Shown: piece after piece, positions 18,422 to 29,019 of the stretch
Layout of the letters: each line of letters starts with the position of its first letter
How positions within the stretch are numbered: the first letter of the stretch is position 1
DNA from: a bacterium
GTDB lineage: Bacteria; UBA8248
NCBI GenBank assembly: GCA_965204535.1
Contig: CBDBEV010000001.1
Span: 1,184,001 to 1,248,000, forward strand
Length of the DNA: 64,000 bases
Direction of reading: 5' to 3'
The notes under the pieces: generated by a model
What the model saw: the letters and a program-made list of their open reading frames with translations, nothing else
Databases searched by the model: none
Told to the model about the DNA's origin: nothing
Program-made: the position numbers and the translations under genes

Positions 18422-19324
18422 TTGCGACGATTCCGCCTCATCATTCTTGGGCTATGGCTCGTGAGCCTCATCCCGTGCGGCTACGCCCTCGCCGCACCCG
18501 CGAAGCCGGGCGGCCCCTCCGCAACGGCTCCGTTCGTCGTGGTAATCGACCCCGGCCACGGGGGGCGGGATGCGGGAAGCCGCGGCGTGTTGCTCCTGGA
18601 GAAGGATTTCACGCTCCGCACGGCGGACATGCTGGCCGCGCTCCTCGCGAGACGTCCCGAGGTGAAGGCCATCCTCACGCGCGAGGCCGACACGGAGATG
18701 ACCGCCGTGCAGCGCGCCTCGGTGGCGAACTACAACGCCGCCTCCTTGTTCCTCACCCTTCATGCGGACGCCTCCTGGCGGCCCGGCGCGCGGGGGCCGG
18801 CCATCATGGTGGCGGCGCCCAGGCGTCCGCCGCGCGTGGCGGGGGAGGCGGCCCGGGCCGTGGCGTTTCGCTGGCAGCGCAGCCAGAACATTCATCTGGC
18901 CTCGAACCGCCGCTTCGCCCTGAGCCTGCAGAGGCGCTTCGCCGCCATCCGCGCGGGCGAGAAACCGCCGGTGCGCATTCTGGCGGTGCGCGACCTGGAA
19001 GGCGCGCGCATGCCCGCTGCCTACGTGAGCCTGGGCGTCATCAGCACGCCCGAGGACGAGGCGCGCTTGAGCGAGATAACGGAAGAGGACCCCTATCTCA
19101 CGGCGCTCGCCAGGGCGGTGCTCAAGTTCGCGGGACTCACGGAAGACCTGCCGCCTAAACCGCCTGTGCCCGCAGAAGACGCGCCGGCGGAGTCGTCACA
19201 GGCTCCTGAAGCGTCTGAGCAGCCTGCAACTCCTGAAACCGGGGCCGCGCCGAATGAATCGCCACAATCCGATGCGGACGCGCCCGAGACGCAAAACGCC
19301 GCCCCGGCGGGGGAGGGGCGCTAG
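18422..19324 (+). CDS. N-acetylmuramoyl-L-alanine amidase (Amidase_3) family protein
   Basis: Signal peptide, VVIDPGHGGRD, EKD, LTR, LHAD; acidic Pro/Ala-rich tail. Confidence 0.85.
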   Translation: MRRFRLIILGLWLVSLIPCGYALAAPAKPGGPSATAPFVVVIDPGHGGRDAGSRGVLLLEKDFTLRTADMLAALLARRPEVKAILTREADTEMTAVQRASVANYNAASLFLTLHADASWRPGARGPAIMVAAPRRPPRVAGEAARAVAFRWQRSQNIHLASNRRFALSLQRRFAAIRAGEKPPVRILAVRDLEGARMPAAYVSLGVISTPEDEARLSEITEEDPYLTALARAVLKFAGLTEDLPPKPPVPAEDAPAESSQAPEASEQPATPETGAAPNESPQSDADAPETQNAAPAGEGR

Positions 19325-19325
19325 A

Positions 19326-20120
19326 ATGGCAAAGAAACTCGCAATCGCCGTCCTGATCCTCGCCGTGAGCGGAGCGCTCGTCTGGAATTATCAGGAAGCT
19401 GTTTTGGATTTCCTGGAGCGGGGCCGCGACGCCGCGTTCGACCCCGAGCGGGGCCGCGCCGCGCGCGCCCCAAGCGTGAAGAAGACGCTTTATTTCGCGA
19501 GTGCGGAGGAAGACCTGCTGGTTCCCTATCCCGTGGAGGTGGAGATAGGGAAGGACAACATCGATACCCTGCGCAACGTACTGGCCGCTCTCATCGAGGG
19601 ACCGAAAGGGGAGGGATACGCGCCGGTTATCCCGAAAGGCACGAAGCTGCGTGCGGCCTTTCCGGGGCCGGACGCGATCGCCTACGTCGATTTCGACGAG
19701 AGGTTGAGAGACGCGCACCCGGGCGGCGTGTGGGCGGAACTGATGACCGCCTATGGAGTCGCCTGCACCGTGCTCAAGAATTTCCCGGACCTTTTCGATC
19801 GCGTCGTGCTGCTCATCGGGGGGCAGGAGACGCAGAGCATCGCGGGTTCGCTCGCCATCACGGGTCCGCTCCGGGTGCGCGAGGAGTTGATCGCGGACAG
19901 GATGTCCGTGCCCACGGCGGGTGGTTCTCGACCCGAAACATCAAACGAAGCGAAAGTGAACGGTGCGCCCGCGACGGCCGCCCGGCAGCCTCCCGCAAGC
20001 GCCGTCGGTGTGCCCAGGGAGACCCTCCCGCCGGTGGGAAGCGCTCCGGTCGATCCGGTGGGCGTGCCGCAGAAAAAGCCCGACGTGGGCGCGGTGGGCG
20101 CGCCGGGAAACTCCCGTTAA
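19326..20120 (+). CDS. GerMN-domain protein
   Basis: N-terminal TM, TLYFA, LIEGP, IPKGTKL, AYVDF, HPGG..AE; follows the amidase gene, a common pairing. Confidence 0.82.
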   Translation: MAKKLAIAVLILAVSGALVWNYQEAVLDFLERGRDAAFDPERGRAARAPSVKKTLYFASAEEDLLVPYPVEVEIGKDNIDTLRNVLAALIEGPKGEGYAPVIPKGTKLRAAFPGPDAIAYVDFDERLRDAHPGGVWAELMTAYGVACTVLKNFPDLFDRVVLLIGGQETQSIAGSLAITGPLRVREELIADRMSVPTAGGSRPETSNEAKVNGAPATAARQPPASAVGVPRETLPPVGSAPVDPVGVPQKKPDVGAVGAPGNSR

Positions 20121-20149
20121 GAGAGCGCCATGCCGGCCGTAATCTGAAC

Positions 20150-20367
20150 GAAGTTATTCAACAACCCCTCCTCAGGGGATAAAGGCAACCCCCCTTGAAG
20201 TTTTTTCCAATTCAGCAGAGAGGGTTCACTCCCCCCTTGAGGGGGAGTCGAAGAGGCCGAGCCTTGGCGAAGGCCGATTCGGTGGGGGGACATGCCACAG
20301 ATAAAAAGCTCCCCCCACCGGTTCGGTTTCGGGCAAAACCCCCCTCACCTCACCGACTCCCCCTCAA
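20150..20367. repeat. REP doublet (ACTCCCCCCTTGAGGGGGAGT family) whose right palindrome is interrupted by an IS and continues at 21878
   Basis: Left palindrome at about 20227-20250; ACTCCCCCTCAA | IS | CTCAAGGGGGGAGT. Confidence 0.85.
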
Positions 20368-21877
20368 GGGGCTGTTGAAAAACCCCGTTTTGAAGCGGGA
20401 TGTATGGTGGCTCACGCGGCCTGGGAGAGGAAGCCCAATCGGCGCGTGAGGCCGCGATATGCGCTCATTCGGCGTTTCCGGGCGGCCCAGGCCCGCCACA
20501 GAGCGAATAAACCCGCGGCCACAGCGGCGGCGAGCCGCTTGAGGTTCACCGCAGTCGCCGTCAGGTAGGCCTGGATCTTCACGTTCGCAAGACCCCGGCG
20601 CACCGCCCGCGCCAGTCCGTGCCGACTCTTCGCTTCGCCGTGGTAGCCCTCCGAGCGACCCATGTGGCGCCGCCACAGCCGGCCCTCCTCCTCCCCACGG
20701 CGCGCGTGGCGACGGCGCGCGCGCAACAGCGCCGGATACTCGTGCGGAATCAGAACCGCCCTGCTCGTGCGAGACGCCGACAGACAATCGGCCTTGAGCG
20801 CGCACCCCGCGCAATCGCGGGTCCTCGATACATACCAGCGCCCCCGCTCCGTCTCCTTCCGGGGGCGCAGCGTCTTGCCCCCCGGACACTTCACCACCTT
20901 GTGACGCTCGTCGTAGCGGAACAGCTGCAACGGCACCCGGCTCTGGGAAGGCTCCTTCTTCGCCGGTATCACCGCGTCCACCCCCCGACGCTCCAATGCG
21001 CCGTACACCTTCGAGTACGCATAGCCCGAATCCGCCGTCACCACCGCGGGCGCGCGCCCCGTGAGTTCGCAAACCGCATCCAGCTGCGGCTCCATCATCT
21101 CCCGCTCGTTCAACGTCCCCTCCGTCACCTCTACGTCGAGAACCACCCCCCGCTCATCGTCCACCACCGCGTGGTGCTTGTAGCTCGGCTCGAACCCCGC
21201 CCGAGCGCTCTTGCGCGCCAGACGCGCGTCGGGGTCCGTACGGCTCACCGGACCCGAACCCCCGCCCTTCTTCCCCGTCTCATCCGCCGAGTCGTTCTCC
21301 CGCACCACCTTCTCCGCGTGGCGCGCCGCCAGACTCTCCCAACTCACGTCCGCGCGTATCAAAGACGCGTCCATGTGAACCACTTCTCCCTTCGCCACCT
21401 TCGCCTCCACGCAAGACTGAACCGTGCGCCGAAATATCTCCTTGAACCGCTCCTCCCCCCAGCGTTGACGGATACGCGTCAGGCTCGAATGATCCGGCAA
21501 ATCCTCGTCCAGCCTGTACCCGATGAACCACCGGACCGCCAGATGCGCCTGCGCCTCGCGCAGCAGGCGGCGGTCCTCCGCGTAGCCCAGCAGCAGGCCC
21601 GCCAGCATCAACCGCACCACCACTTCCGGGTCGATCCCCGGTCGACCGTTGTCCGCGCAATAGCACTCCGCCACTTCCTCGCGAAGCCAACTCAAATCCA
21701 GTACGCGGTCCACCTGGCGCAATATGTGATCTTCGGGAATCAACTTCTCCAGCGGGCCGGCCACGAACAAGTCCATCTGCTCGCGCCTCTTGCGGTCCAA
21801 CATCTCCGGAACTCCCATCTCGGGCGAGGGGGAATACATCCATACGATCACAAAACCAGGGGTTTTTCAACAGCCCC
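20368..21877 (-). mobile_element. IS1182-family insertion sequence, copy A
   Basis: 19-bp terminal IRs GGGGCTGTTGAAAAACCCC; flanking duplication CTCAA (20363-20367, 21878-21882). Confidence 0.92.
20412..21851 (-). CDS. IS1182-family DDE transposase
   Basis: IPEDHILR, GRPGIDP, LPDHSSLTRIRQRWG, MDAS, ADSGY, CPGG, CxxC, RSEGYHGEAK. The true start may be a few codons downstream. Confidence 0.92.
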   Translation of the reverse strand: MIVWMYSPSPEMGVPEMLDRKRREQMDLFVAGPLEKLIPEDHILRQVDRVLDLSWLREEVAECYCADNGRPGIDPEVVVRLMLAGLLLGYAEDRRLLREAQAHLAVRWFIGYRLDEDLPDHSSLTRIRQRWGEERFKEIFRRTVQSCVEAKVAKGEVVHMDASLIRADVSWESLAARHAEKVVRENDSADETGKKGGGSGPVSRTDPDARLARKSARAGFEPSYKHHAVVDDERGVVLDVEVTEGTLNEREMMEPQLDAVCELTGRAPAVVTADSGYAYSKVYGALERRGVDAVIPAKKEPSQSRVPLQLFRYDERHKVVKCPGGKTLRPRKETERGRWYVSRTRDCAGCALKADCLSASRTSRAVLIPHEYPALLRARRRHARRGEEEGRLWRRHMGRSEGYHGEAKSRHGLARAVRRGLANVKIQAYLTATAVNLKRLAAAVAAGLFALWRAWAARKRRMSAYRGLTRRLGFLSQAA

Positions 21878-22001
21878 CTCAAGGGGGGAGTTGATTTCCT
21901 TTCTAGTAGGTCGGCAATAGTAGGGGCAGGTCGCGACCTGTCCCTGCAAAACCTGCTACCCTCGCTCATCAGGACATTTCCAACAGCCCCGGTAACTCGC
22001 A

Positions 22002-23375
22002 TCAGGCGCCCGCCTCCTCTATCGACTCTCCCAGAACGCCAACCATCCAGCTAATCTCCTCGTTCGTTACGCAGTAAGGCGGCATCAGGACGACGACGTC
22101 GCCCAGGGGCCGCACGGCGAGGCCGCGTTTTCTCGCCGCCAGAATGACCGTGCGCCCTTTGCGCTCGGCGGGCGTGTAGGGTTCCTTCGTCTCCTTGTTC
22201 TTCAAAAGCTCGACGCCGACCATCCAGCCCAGGCCGCGAACTTCGCCCACGTGGGGTGAGTCTTTCAGATTTTCGAGTTCGCTCCACAGGTGGGCTATCT
22301 TCGCCTGATTGTTTTGAATCGTGTTTTCCCGCTCGAAAATATCGAGGTTCGCAAGCGCCGCGGCGCAGGCGAGCGGATTTCCCGTGTAGGAGTGACCGTG
22401 GAAGAACGTGCGGCCCGTCTCGGGCGGGCCGCGGAATGCGTCGAATATCTCATCGGTGGCGAGCGTCGCCGCCAGCGGCAGATAACCGCCCGTGATGCCC
22501 TTGGCGAGGCATAAAATATCGGGCGCCACGCCCTCGTGCTCGCAGGCGAACATGGGGCCGGTGCGTCCGAAACCGGTGGCCACTTCATCGGCGATGAGGA
22601 GTACGTCGTGCTCCGTGCACGCCTCGCGGATTTTACGGAGAAAGCCTGTCGGCTGCACGATGATTCCCGTCGCGCCCTGCACCATGGGTTCAACCACCAC
22701 GGCGGCGAGGTGGGGCGCGTGCTCCGCGATTTGATGCGCGATCTCATCGCCCGAGCAGACCGAACACGGCGGACGTTCGGCCCCCCTCGGGCACCAGAAG
22801 CAATAGGGCGCCTCCGCGCGCATGGTCTGGAAGAGAAGCGGCCCGAAGATGTGGTGGAACAAATCGATTCCGCCCAGAGACACCGCGCCGACCGTGTCGC
22901 CGTGATATGCCAGGCTGAGTGTGAGAAATCTGTCTTTCTCGGGCTTTGGGGTTTTTCTTTGCTTTTGGTACTGAAACGCCATCTTGAGGGCGATTTCCAC
23001 CGCCGTTGCGCCCGAGTCCGAATAGAAGACTCTGGCGAGGCCCGCGGGCGCGATATCGTTCAGCTTTTCGGCAAGCTCGATGGCGGCGGGGTTCGCCATG
23101 CCAAGCTGGGTGGTGTGGGCGATCCGCTCAAGCTGCGCGCGAACGGCCTGGTCGATTTCCTCTTTTCCGTGTCCGTGGATGTTCACCCACAAGGAGGAGA
23201 CGCCGTCCAGGTAGCGGTTACCCTCCACATCGATGAGATACGCCCCCTCGCCGCGCTCGACGATGAGCGGCGGGTCCTCATTCTCCCATTCGTCCATAGG
23301 GGTGAAGGGATGCCAGAGGTGTTTTCTGTCCGCGTCCGCGAGGCGGCGGAGGCGCCCCACTTCGTCGGCCCTCAT
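22002..23375 (-). CDS. bioA: Adenosylmethionine-8-amino-7-oxononanoate aminotransferase
   Basis: [72 protein letters not shown]. Confidence 0.93.
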   Translation of the reverse strand: MRADEVGRLRRLADADRKHLWHPFTPMDEWENEDPPLIVERGEGAYLIDVEGNRYLDGVSSLWVNIHGHGKEEIDQAVRAQLERIAHTTQLGMANPAAIELAEKLNDIAPAGLARVFYSDSGATAVEIALKMAFQYQKQRKTPKPEKDRFLTLSLAYHGDTVGAVSLGGIDLFHHIFGPLLFQTMRAEAPYCFWCPRGAERPPCSVCSGDEIAHQIAEHAPHLAAVVVEPMVQGATGIIVQPTGFLRKIREACTEHDVLLIADEVATGFGRTGPMFACEHEGVAPDILCLAKGITGGYLPLAATLATDEIFDAFRGPPETGRTFFHGHSYTGNPLACAAALANLDIFERENTIQNNQAKIAHLWSELENLKDSPHVGEVRGLGWMVGVELLKNKETKEPYTPAERKGRTVILAARKRGLAVRPLGDVVVLMPPYCVTNEEISWMVGVLGESIEEAGA

Positions 23376-24151
23376 GCGGGGTGTTCGGCGAGGATGACGG
23401 TTTCCTGCTCGTCGAATACGAACTCGCCGTCCTCCTCGCGCGGATCGAGCCAGTAGGATATCGCGGGCGAGGCGTCTTCGAGATAGGCGCGGAGCGCCGC
23501 CTTGTCATCGTCCGTCAGGTGGGGACGCCGTACCCAGTTTTCAAACACCATCTTCTTCCTGAGTGTCTCCGAATAGAGGACGCGGAAGCCGGCGGTTTCG
23601 AGCATCTCCACCAGGTCGGGCAGGCTGTCGCAGCGGTTGTGGCTCGGGTCGCGCAGACGCTCGAAATCGTTGTAGCTATCGAGTTCTTTGGGCTCTTCGG
23701 GCGCGATGTTGTCGATATAGACGAGCTTGCCGCCCGGTTTCAGGACGCGGAACATCTCGCGCATCGACGCCTGGACGTCCGGGAAATGATGGGGCGCGAT
23801 GCGCACCGAGACCGAATCGAGCGCGCCCGTCTGAACAGCGATGTTCTCGGCGTCGGTTCTGAGGTAGGAGACGTTCCCGATTCCCTTCTCTTGCCCCAGC
23901 CTGCGCGCGGAGTCGAGCATGCCGGCGGTCAGGTCGCTCGCGACCACGTGGCGGCACCCTTCCGCCATCTGGTAGGCCGTGTGGCCCGCGCCCGTGGCGA
24001 CGTCGAGATGGACGCCGCCGCTCGGGTTCAGCACCTCGGCCGAGCGCGCGAGGGAACTGCTCCGCGCGTGCGGCGCGCTGGTGACGTAGTAGTCCGAATC
24101 CTGGTTGTAAATCTTCTGTACGGCCTCTCGCTGCTCCCTGGACGTGTCCAT
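23372..24151 (-). CDS. Class I SAM-dependent methyltransferase (UbiE-like)
   Basis: LDVATGAGHT, DAENI, RIAPHHFPD, RVLKPGG, LRDPSH; GAGGAG SD before ATG 24151; 4-bp overlap with bioA. Confidence 0.88.
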   Translation of the reverse strand: MDTSREQREAVQKIYNQDSDYYVTSAPHARSSSLARSAEVLNPSGGVHLDVATGAGHTAYQMAEGCRHVVASDLTAGMLDSARRLGQEKGIGNVSYLRTDAENIAVQTGALDSVSVRIAPHHFPDVQASMREMFRVLKPGGKLVYIDNIAPEEPKELDSYNDFERLRDPSHNRCDSLPDLVEMLETAGFRVLYSETLRKKMVFENWVRRPHLTDDDKAALRAYLEDASPAISYWLDPREEDGEFVFDEQETVILAEHPA

Positions 24152-24275
24152 GCGGCTCCTCAATGAGAACTGGAATATCGGCTTGCGGGGGGAGTATTTC
24201 CCGAAAATCGGTTTCGGGGCAAGCGCCCGGGGGATTGAACGCGACCGATGAGGGAGTGTTCGACGAGACTGAAGA

Positions 24276-24632
24276 AGGGCTGTTGAAAAAGTCCACAGGT
24301 TCACAGAAGGAGCGCGCTAGATTTCACTCCCCCCTTGAGGGGGAGTCGAAGAGCTAAGGGCGCAAGCCCGCAAGCGATTCGGTGGGGGGTATAATTCGGA
24401 CTGGCGATAAAACGCATTTTACCCCCCACCGATTCAGCCTTCGCACAAACCGCTCGGCTTCATCGTCGAGCTTTCCCCTCGGGAAGCTCGACCCTCAAGG
24501 GGGGAGTTGATTTGAAATTCTCTTTGGTGAAGAGAGATCTCCATAGGTGACGTGCATCAGTTTTCCAACAACCCCTCCTCGGTCGGTTTTGACCCCCACC
24601 GGTCCGCTTGCGGGCTTGCGCCGGAATGACGA
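24276..24632. repeat. REP doublet bracketed by IS1182-like end motifs, plus a partial GTCATTCC-family repeat
   Basis: GGGCTGTTGAAAAA at 24277; doublet at about 24326-24509; TTTTCCAACAACCCC at 24561; CCGGAATGAC at 24621. Confidence 0.8.
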
Positions 24633-24681
24633 GCAAAAGCAAGTGTTGACCAAATCGTGTGATGAGGAGTGATAAAATCGT

Positions 24682-26010
24682 CTAAAAATCCGCGTCTTCG
24701 GCGCCCGGAATCCTGAGAGAGCGGAAATGGCCCTCCAGCCCGCCTAGCGGGGCCGTGGCGTCCAGGCCCATCTTCGCCGTGACGCCATCCTCGGCCGATG
24801 GGTCGAGGCGGCTGCCCCACGCGCCGGGAACGACGAACAAATCCTTATCCGCCTGAAAGCGCGTCGCCAGTGCCCAATCGACCTGCGCCGGGTTGTGGAT
24901 GTCGATGTCGTGGTCCACGCAGATGGCGTGCTTGACGTCGTAATGCGCGGCGAGCGCCGCCATTAGCGCGCTTTTCGCTTCTCCCTTGTTGGTCTTTCGT
25001 ATCTGGATGGCGCAGTGAAAACGGCCTGAGCCTGAGAGGGGGAGCACGACGTTCGTGACGGCGGGGACCGCTTTCTGGAGGTCTCGCAGGAGTCCCGCCT
25101 CCCTCGGCACCGCGCCCATCAGCAGGTGATCGTAGCCCGCCGCCACGATGGAATAGAAAACGGGTTCCTCGCGCATGGCGATGGATTTCACCCGGAAGAC
25201 CTCGCGCTCCGCCGCCGGGCTGTAGTAGCGCGGAAACTCGCCGAAGGGCCCCTCGCGCCTGCGCTCATCCGGCGGAATTTCTCCCTCGATCACGATTTCA
25301 GCACCCGCGGGCACGGGAATCCCCGACCAGGGGGCGGGGGCGACGTCCACGGCGCGGCCCTTGAGCCCGCCCGCCGCTTCGAGTTCATCCTCTCCCGGCG
25401 CGAGGACGAGCTGGCTCGCCATCAGGAGCAATGGGTCGAGACCCACGCAGACGGCCGCTTTGAGGGGTTCCCCGCGCTCGCCGGCGCGCCGTATCATCCC
25501 CTTCAGGTGGCGCGGCAGGACGAGTAGGCCGAACAGGTCGGGTTCCAGGGCGTGCATCCTGTGGATCGATACGTTGCCCGCGCCCGAATCAGGGTCATGC
25601 GCGATGAAGACGCCGGCGGAGATGTAGGGGCCGCCGTCCAGTTCATGGTAGATGGGCAGGGGGAGAATTTTCCGGACGTCGATATCTTTCGTGATGACGT
25701 TGTGGAGAAACGGCGCATCAGCAACCGCGTTCGGCTTTATCTTGATTTCCTGTCTGCGCTGCACTTCGCGGAGCAACTCCCCAGGCGCGACCCCCATGGC
25801 GTCCGCGTACCAATCTCTTTTGCAGGCGATGTTGGCGGCGACGGGCATCGGCGCGCCGTCGGTGCGCTCGAAAAGGAGAGCGTTTCGCCCATCCGCTTTC
25901 TGGGAGAGCGCGGCGAGTTCATGGCGGAGCGATACGCTGCGCGATACGCGCTTGATCGATCCCCGCTCTTCGAGGCGTGCGAGCCAGCTTTTGAGATCGT
26001 GAGTGTTCAT
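24682..26010 (-). CDS. UbiD-family (prFMN-dependent) decarboxylase
   Basis: ELDGGPYISAG, NVSIHR, EIVIEG, REGPFGEF, VDHDIDI, WALATRFQ, LDPS, KMGLDAT. Confidence 0.92.
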   Translation of the reverse strand: MNTHDLKSWLARLEERGSIKRVSRSVSLRHELAALSQKADGRNALLFERTDGAPMPVAANIACKRDWYADAMGVAPGELLREVQRRQEIKIKPNAVADAPFLHNVITKDIDVRKILPLPIYHELDGGPYISAGVFIAHDPDSGAGNVSIHRMHALEPDLFGLLVLPRHLKGMIRRAGERGEPLKAAVCVGLDPLLLMASQLVLAPGEDELEAAGGLKGRAVDVAPAPWSGIPVPAGAEIVIEGEIPPDERRREGPFGEFPRYYSPAAEREVFRVKSIAMREEPVFYSIVAAGYDHLLMGAVPREAGLLRDLQKAVPAVTNVVLPLSGSGRFHCAIQIRKTNKGEAKSALMAALAAHYDVKHAICVDHDIDIHNPAQVDWALATRFQADKDLFVVPGAWGSRLDPSAEDGVTAKMGLDATAPLGGLEGHFRSLRIPGAEDADF

Positions 26011-26074
26011 GCGCGTATGATGGCAAATGGGGCGGAGAGCGTCAAAAGCGCAGAGGCGGGGCGCGCCGCTTTGG

Positions 26075-26962
26075 TTACGTCATCAGGGTTTCTCGCAGCA
26101 TGGCGAGGTAATCGCCCGCGTAGGGGGGGAGGTAGACGTCGTTTCGCCGGAACAGGCCGATGCGCTTTTTCCCGAACAGGTGGGATAAGTTGATGGTTCG
26201 CCATCCGGTTGCGGTCTCGGGCCGGGGCCAGAGCGCGTTGACGATAGCGATGCCCGCCCCGTTCAGCACGGCCTCGTTGATCAGGGTGTAGGAGGACGTC
26301 TCGAAGACGACGTTGATGGACAATCCCTGCTTCTCGAAGGTTTGTTCGATATGCTGGCGATCCGCCGTGCCGCGTTCGAGCAGGATGAGCGGATGCGCCG
26401 CGATGCTCTCGAGAGTGATTTTCTTCTCCTTCAGGGTGGCGTGCCCCTCGGGACAGAAGAGGAGATAGTCGGTCTCCGTCCACTCGTCGAAGGAGAAATT
26501 CCCCCGCGCCTCGGGCGCCGAGCCGAAGGCGAAATCGACGGCGCCTTCCGAGACGTGTTCGAGCAGATTCGTCCAGTTCCGCTCCAGCACGGAAATCTGT
26601 ACGTTCGGGTAGCGTTCGCGAAACCTGAGGAACGCGGCCCGGTGGCCCTTCAGGATCAGCATGGGGGCGGCCTCCGCCACGACGAGCCGCCCGTGCGTCT
26701 CCCCGCGCAGGTGCCGCTCGACCGTATCGAGGGACTCGAAAAAAGGCTTGACGGCGTCGAAGAGGTATTCGCCGCTCGGCGTCAACTGAAACCTGCGGCC
26801 GACGATCCGGTAGAGCTTCACCTGGAGGTCCGCTTCGAGCGCCTTCACCCGGATGCTCAGGGCGGGCTGCTGGATGGAGAAGGGCAGTTGCCTCGCCGCA
26901 CGGGTGAAGCCGCCGTGTTTCGCCACGTAGTAGAAGTATTCGAGCTGCCTTAAATTCAACAT
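26075..26962 (-). CDS. LysR-family transcriptional regulator
   Basis: N-terminal HTH (LRQLEYF...GFTRAA...QPALS..VKALE) and substrate-binding domain; divergent from the catabolic operon. Confidence 0.93.
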   Translation of the reverse strand: MLNLRQLEYFYYVAKHGGFTRAARQLPFSIQQPALSIRVKALEADLQVKLYRIVGRRFQLTPSGEYLFDAVKPFFESLDTVERHLRGETHGRLVVAEAAPMLILKGHRAAFLRFRERYPNVQISVLERNWTNLLEHVSEGAVDFAFGSAPEARGNFSFDEWTETDYLLFCPEGHATLKEKKITLESIAAHPLILLERGTADRQHIEQTFEKQGLSINVVFETSSYTLINEAVLNGAGIAIVNALWPRPETATGWRTINLSHLFGKKRIGLFRRNDVYLPPYAGDYLAMLRETLMT

Positions 26963-27104
26963 GAAAACCTCATGAAACCATTCGCCGAGGTGCCGGTCGT
27001 TTTATTATGGATTTTTATGCTCCCCCGTTATGCTGGGCAGACCTGTTTCGTCAGATATCTTCTGGATATCGGGTGAAAACAGAAAAATGACCTTCCAATG
27101 CGCG

Positions 27105-27140
27105 ATGGAATTATATGGAATATCCATTAAATAATTCAAT
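27105..27140. promoter_or_regulatory. AT-rich dyad (ATGGA-ATA-TCCAT) in the divergent control region; possible regulator site
   Basis: Palindrome at 27115-27127 between lysR and the CoA-transferase gene. Confidence 0.35.
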
Positions 27141-27275
27141 AGATTCGATTCTTCTTTTCCCCGTTGCGATTCCGGTGTCTTGGGTTTAATCTGTGAATGG
27201 GGACTTCTATTTTTCGACTGCCGATACGAGAGTTTCAGCGTGTTGCGGGCGAGGGGAATCCTTGCCTGCGGCCTG

Positions 27276-28241
27276 ATGGAGAAAAACGTGACGCAAGACT
27301 ATCTTTCGCTCCGGGAACAGACCCAGTCTCGGGACCGCAGCCTGAGAGACAAGGTGATGACGCTCGAGGAGGCGTGCGAGTTCGTGAACGACGGCGAGCA
27401 CGTCAGCCTGGGCGGCTCCACGGCCTCGAGAACCCCCTTCGCCATGGTGTGGGCGCTGATACGCGCGAGGAAGAAGAACCTCTCCTTCTCGCGCAGCATC
27501 GTCTCCACCGAGGGCGACCTCATCTTCGCCTCGGGGATCGGGAATCACATTCTCACGAGCTGGTTCAGCCAGGGGATCGTCTGGGGCGTCTCGCGCGTCA
27601 TGCGGCATTTCACCGAGAACAGGCTGGCGCGTTTCGAGGAGTGGAGCCACATGTCCATCGGCCTGCGCTACCGGGCGGGCGCGATGGGCGTTCCGTTCAT
27701 GCCGATGCGCTCGATGATGGGCTCCGACGTGGCGGGGCAGCTCGATAACCTCGAAGAGATGACCTGCCCGTTCACGGGCGAGAAAATCCTCCTCGTCCCG
27801 GCCCTGAACCCAGACGTCGCGCTGATTCACGTGCAAAGGTGCGACCCCTACGGCAACGCGCAACTCGACGGCCTGACGTTTATGGATATCGACATGGCGA
27901 TGGCGGCGAACCGCGTCATCATCACGGCCGAGCGCATCATCTCGAACGATCAGATCCGCAGAAGGCCCGACCGGACGAGAATCCCCTTCTTCACCGTCGA
28001 CGCGGTGGTGGAGGCGCCCTACGGCTGCGCGCCGCATGAATGCTTCGGCGTCTATGAGCCATTGTTCTCGCACATGGACTATTACGCCGAACTCACGAGA
28101 AAAGAGCCGATGGAGGGCGTGAAGGCGTATCTGGATGAATACTTCTACGCGCCGGAGAACTGGACGGAGTATCTGAATCTCATCGGCCTGGATAAGCTGC
28201 TGGATGCGGCCCGCAGGGGGAGGAGCATTTATGACGATTGA
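27276..28241 (+). CDS. Family I CoA-transferase subunit A (GctA-like)
   Basis: DKVMTLEEA, YRAGAMGVPFMP, CPFTGE, PDVALIHVQRCD, VVEAPYG. Start uncertain. Confidence 0.88.
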   Translation: MEKNVTQDYLSLREQTQSRDRSLRDKVMTLEEACEFVNDGEHVSLGGSTASRTPFAMVWALIRARKKNLSFSRSIVSTEGDLIFASGIGNHILTSWFSQGIVWGVSRVMRHFTENRLARFEEWSHMSIGLRYRAGAMGVPFMPMRSMMGSDVAGQLDNLEEMTCPFTGEKILLVPALNPDVALIHVQRCDPYGNAQLDGLTFMDIDMAMAANRVIITAERIISNDQIRRRPDRTRIPFFTVDAVVEAPYGCAPHECFGVYEPLFSHMDYYAELTRKEPMEGVKAYLDEYFYAPENWTEYLNLIGLDKLLDAARRGRSIYDD

Positions 28242-29004
28242 GGCGAAAGACTTCACGGCGTCGGAGCTTTTGTGCGTCATGAGCGCCCGCGCGCTCGAGG
28301 ACGGCCAGGTGGTATTCGCCGGCGTGGGGATTCCGCTTCTGGCCGCCACGCTGGCCCAGCGTCTCCATGCCCCGGGCGTGACGATTCTCTTCGAGGGCGG
28401 CACTATCGGCCCGCACGTCGTGCCCGGCCAGCTTCCGCCCACCACGAACGAGCAGCGCTGCACGCGCAAGGCGAACATGCTGGTGAGCATCACCGAGGTG
28501 CTGCTCCTGCTTCAGCGCGGCTACGTGGACGTGGGCTTCATGGGAGGTGCCCAGATCGATCAGTACGGCAACCTGAACAGCTCCTTCATCGGGAGCGCGG
28601 ACGACCCGTCCGTGCGGCTGCCCGGCACGGGCGGGGGGAACGACATCTCGAGCCTCACCAGGATGATCGTGGCGATGCCGCAGGAAAAGCGCCGCTTCGT
28701 GGAGAACGTGGATTTCATCACCAGTCCCGGCTACGTCAGGGGCGGAACATCGAGGCGCGATTCGGGCCTGATAGCCGGCGGCATGTACCGCGTGGTCACA
28801 GACTTGGCGATTCTGGGGTTCGACGATGAGACGGGCCGGATGCGCGTCGAGGCCCTGCATCCGGGCGTTACCCCCGAGCAGGCGCAGGAGAACACGGGTT
28901 TCGAGTTGATCATCGATTCCTCCGTTTCGACCACCGAACCGCCCACGGAAGAGGAACTGGCCGCGCTTCGCCATCTGGATCCGGACAAGGTCTACACCGC
29001 ATAA
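28231..29004 (+). CDS. Family I CoA-transferase subunit B (GctB-like)
   Basis: VFAGVGIP, ILFEGG (catalytic Glu position), GGAQIDQYGNLN, RLPGTGGGND, VDFITSPG, VTDLA, ENTGF. Confidence 0.9.
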   Translation: MTIEAKDFTASELLCVMSARALEDGQVVFAGVGIPLLAATLAQRLHAPGVTILFEGGTIGPHVVPGQLPPTTNEQRCTRKANMLVSITEVLLLLQRGYVDVGFMGGAQIDQYGNLNSSFIGSADDPSVRLPGTGGGNDISSLTRMIVAMPQEKRRFVENVDFITSPGYVRGGTSRRDSGLIAGGMYRVVTDLAILGFDDETGRMRVEALHPGVTPEQAQENTGFELIIDSSVSTTEPPTEEELAALRHLDPDKVYTA

Positions 29005-29019
29005 TCACATGGAGTTGTC

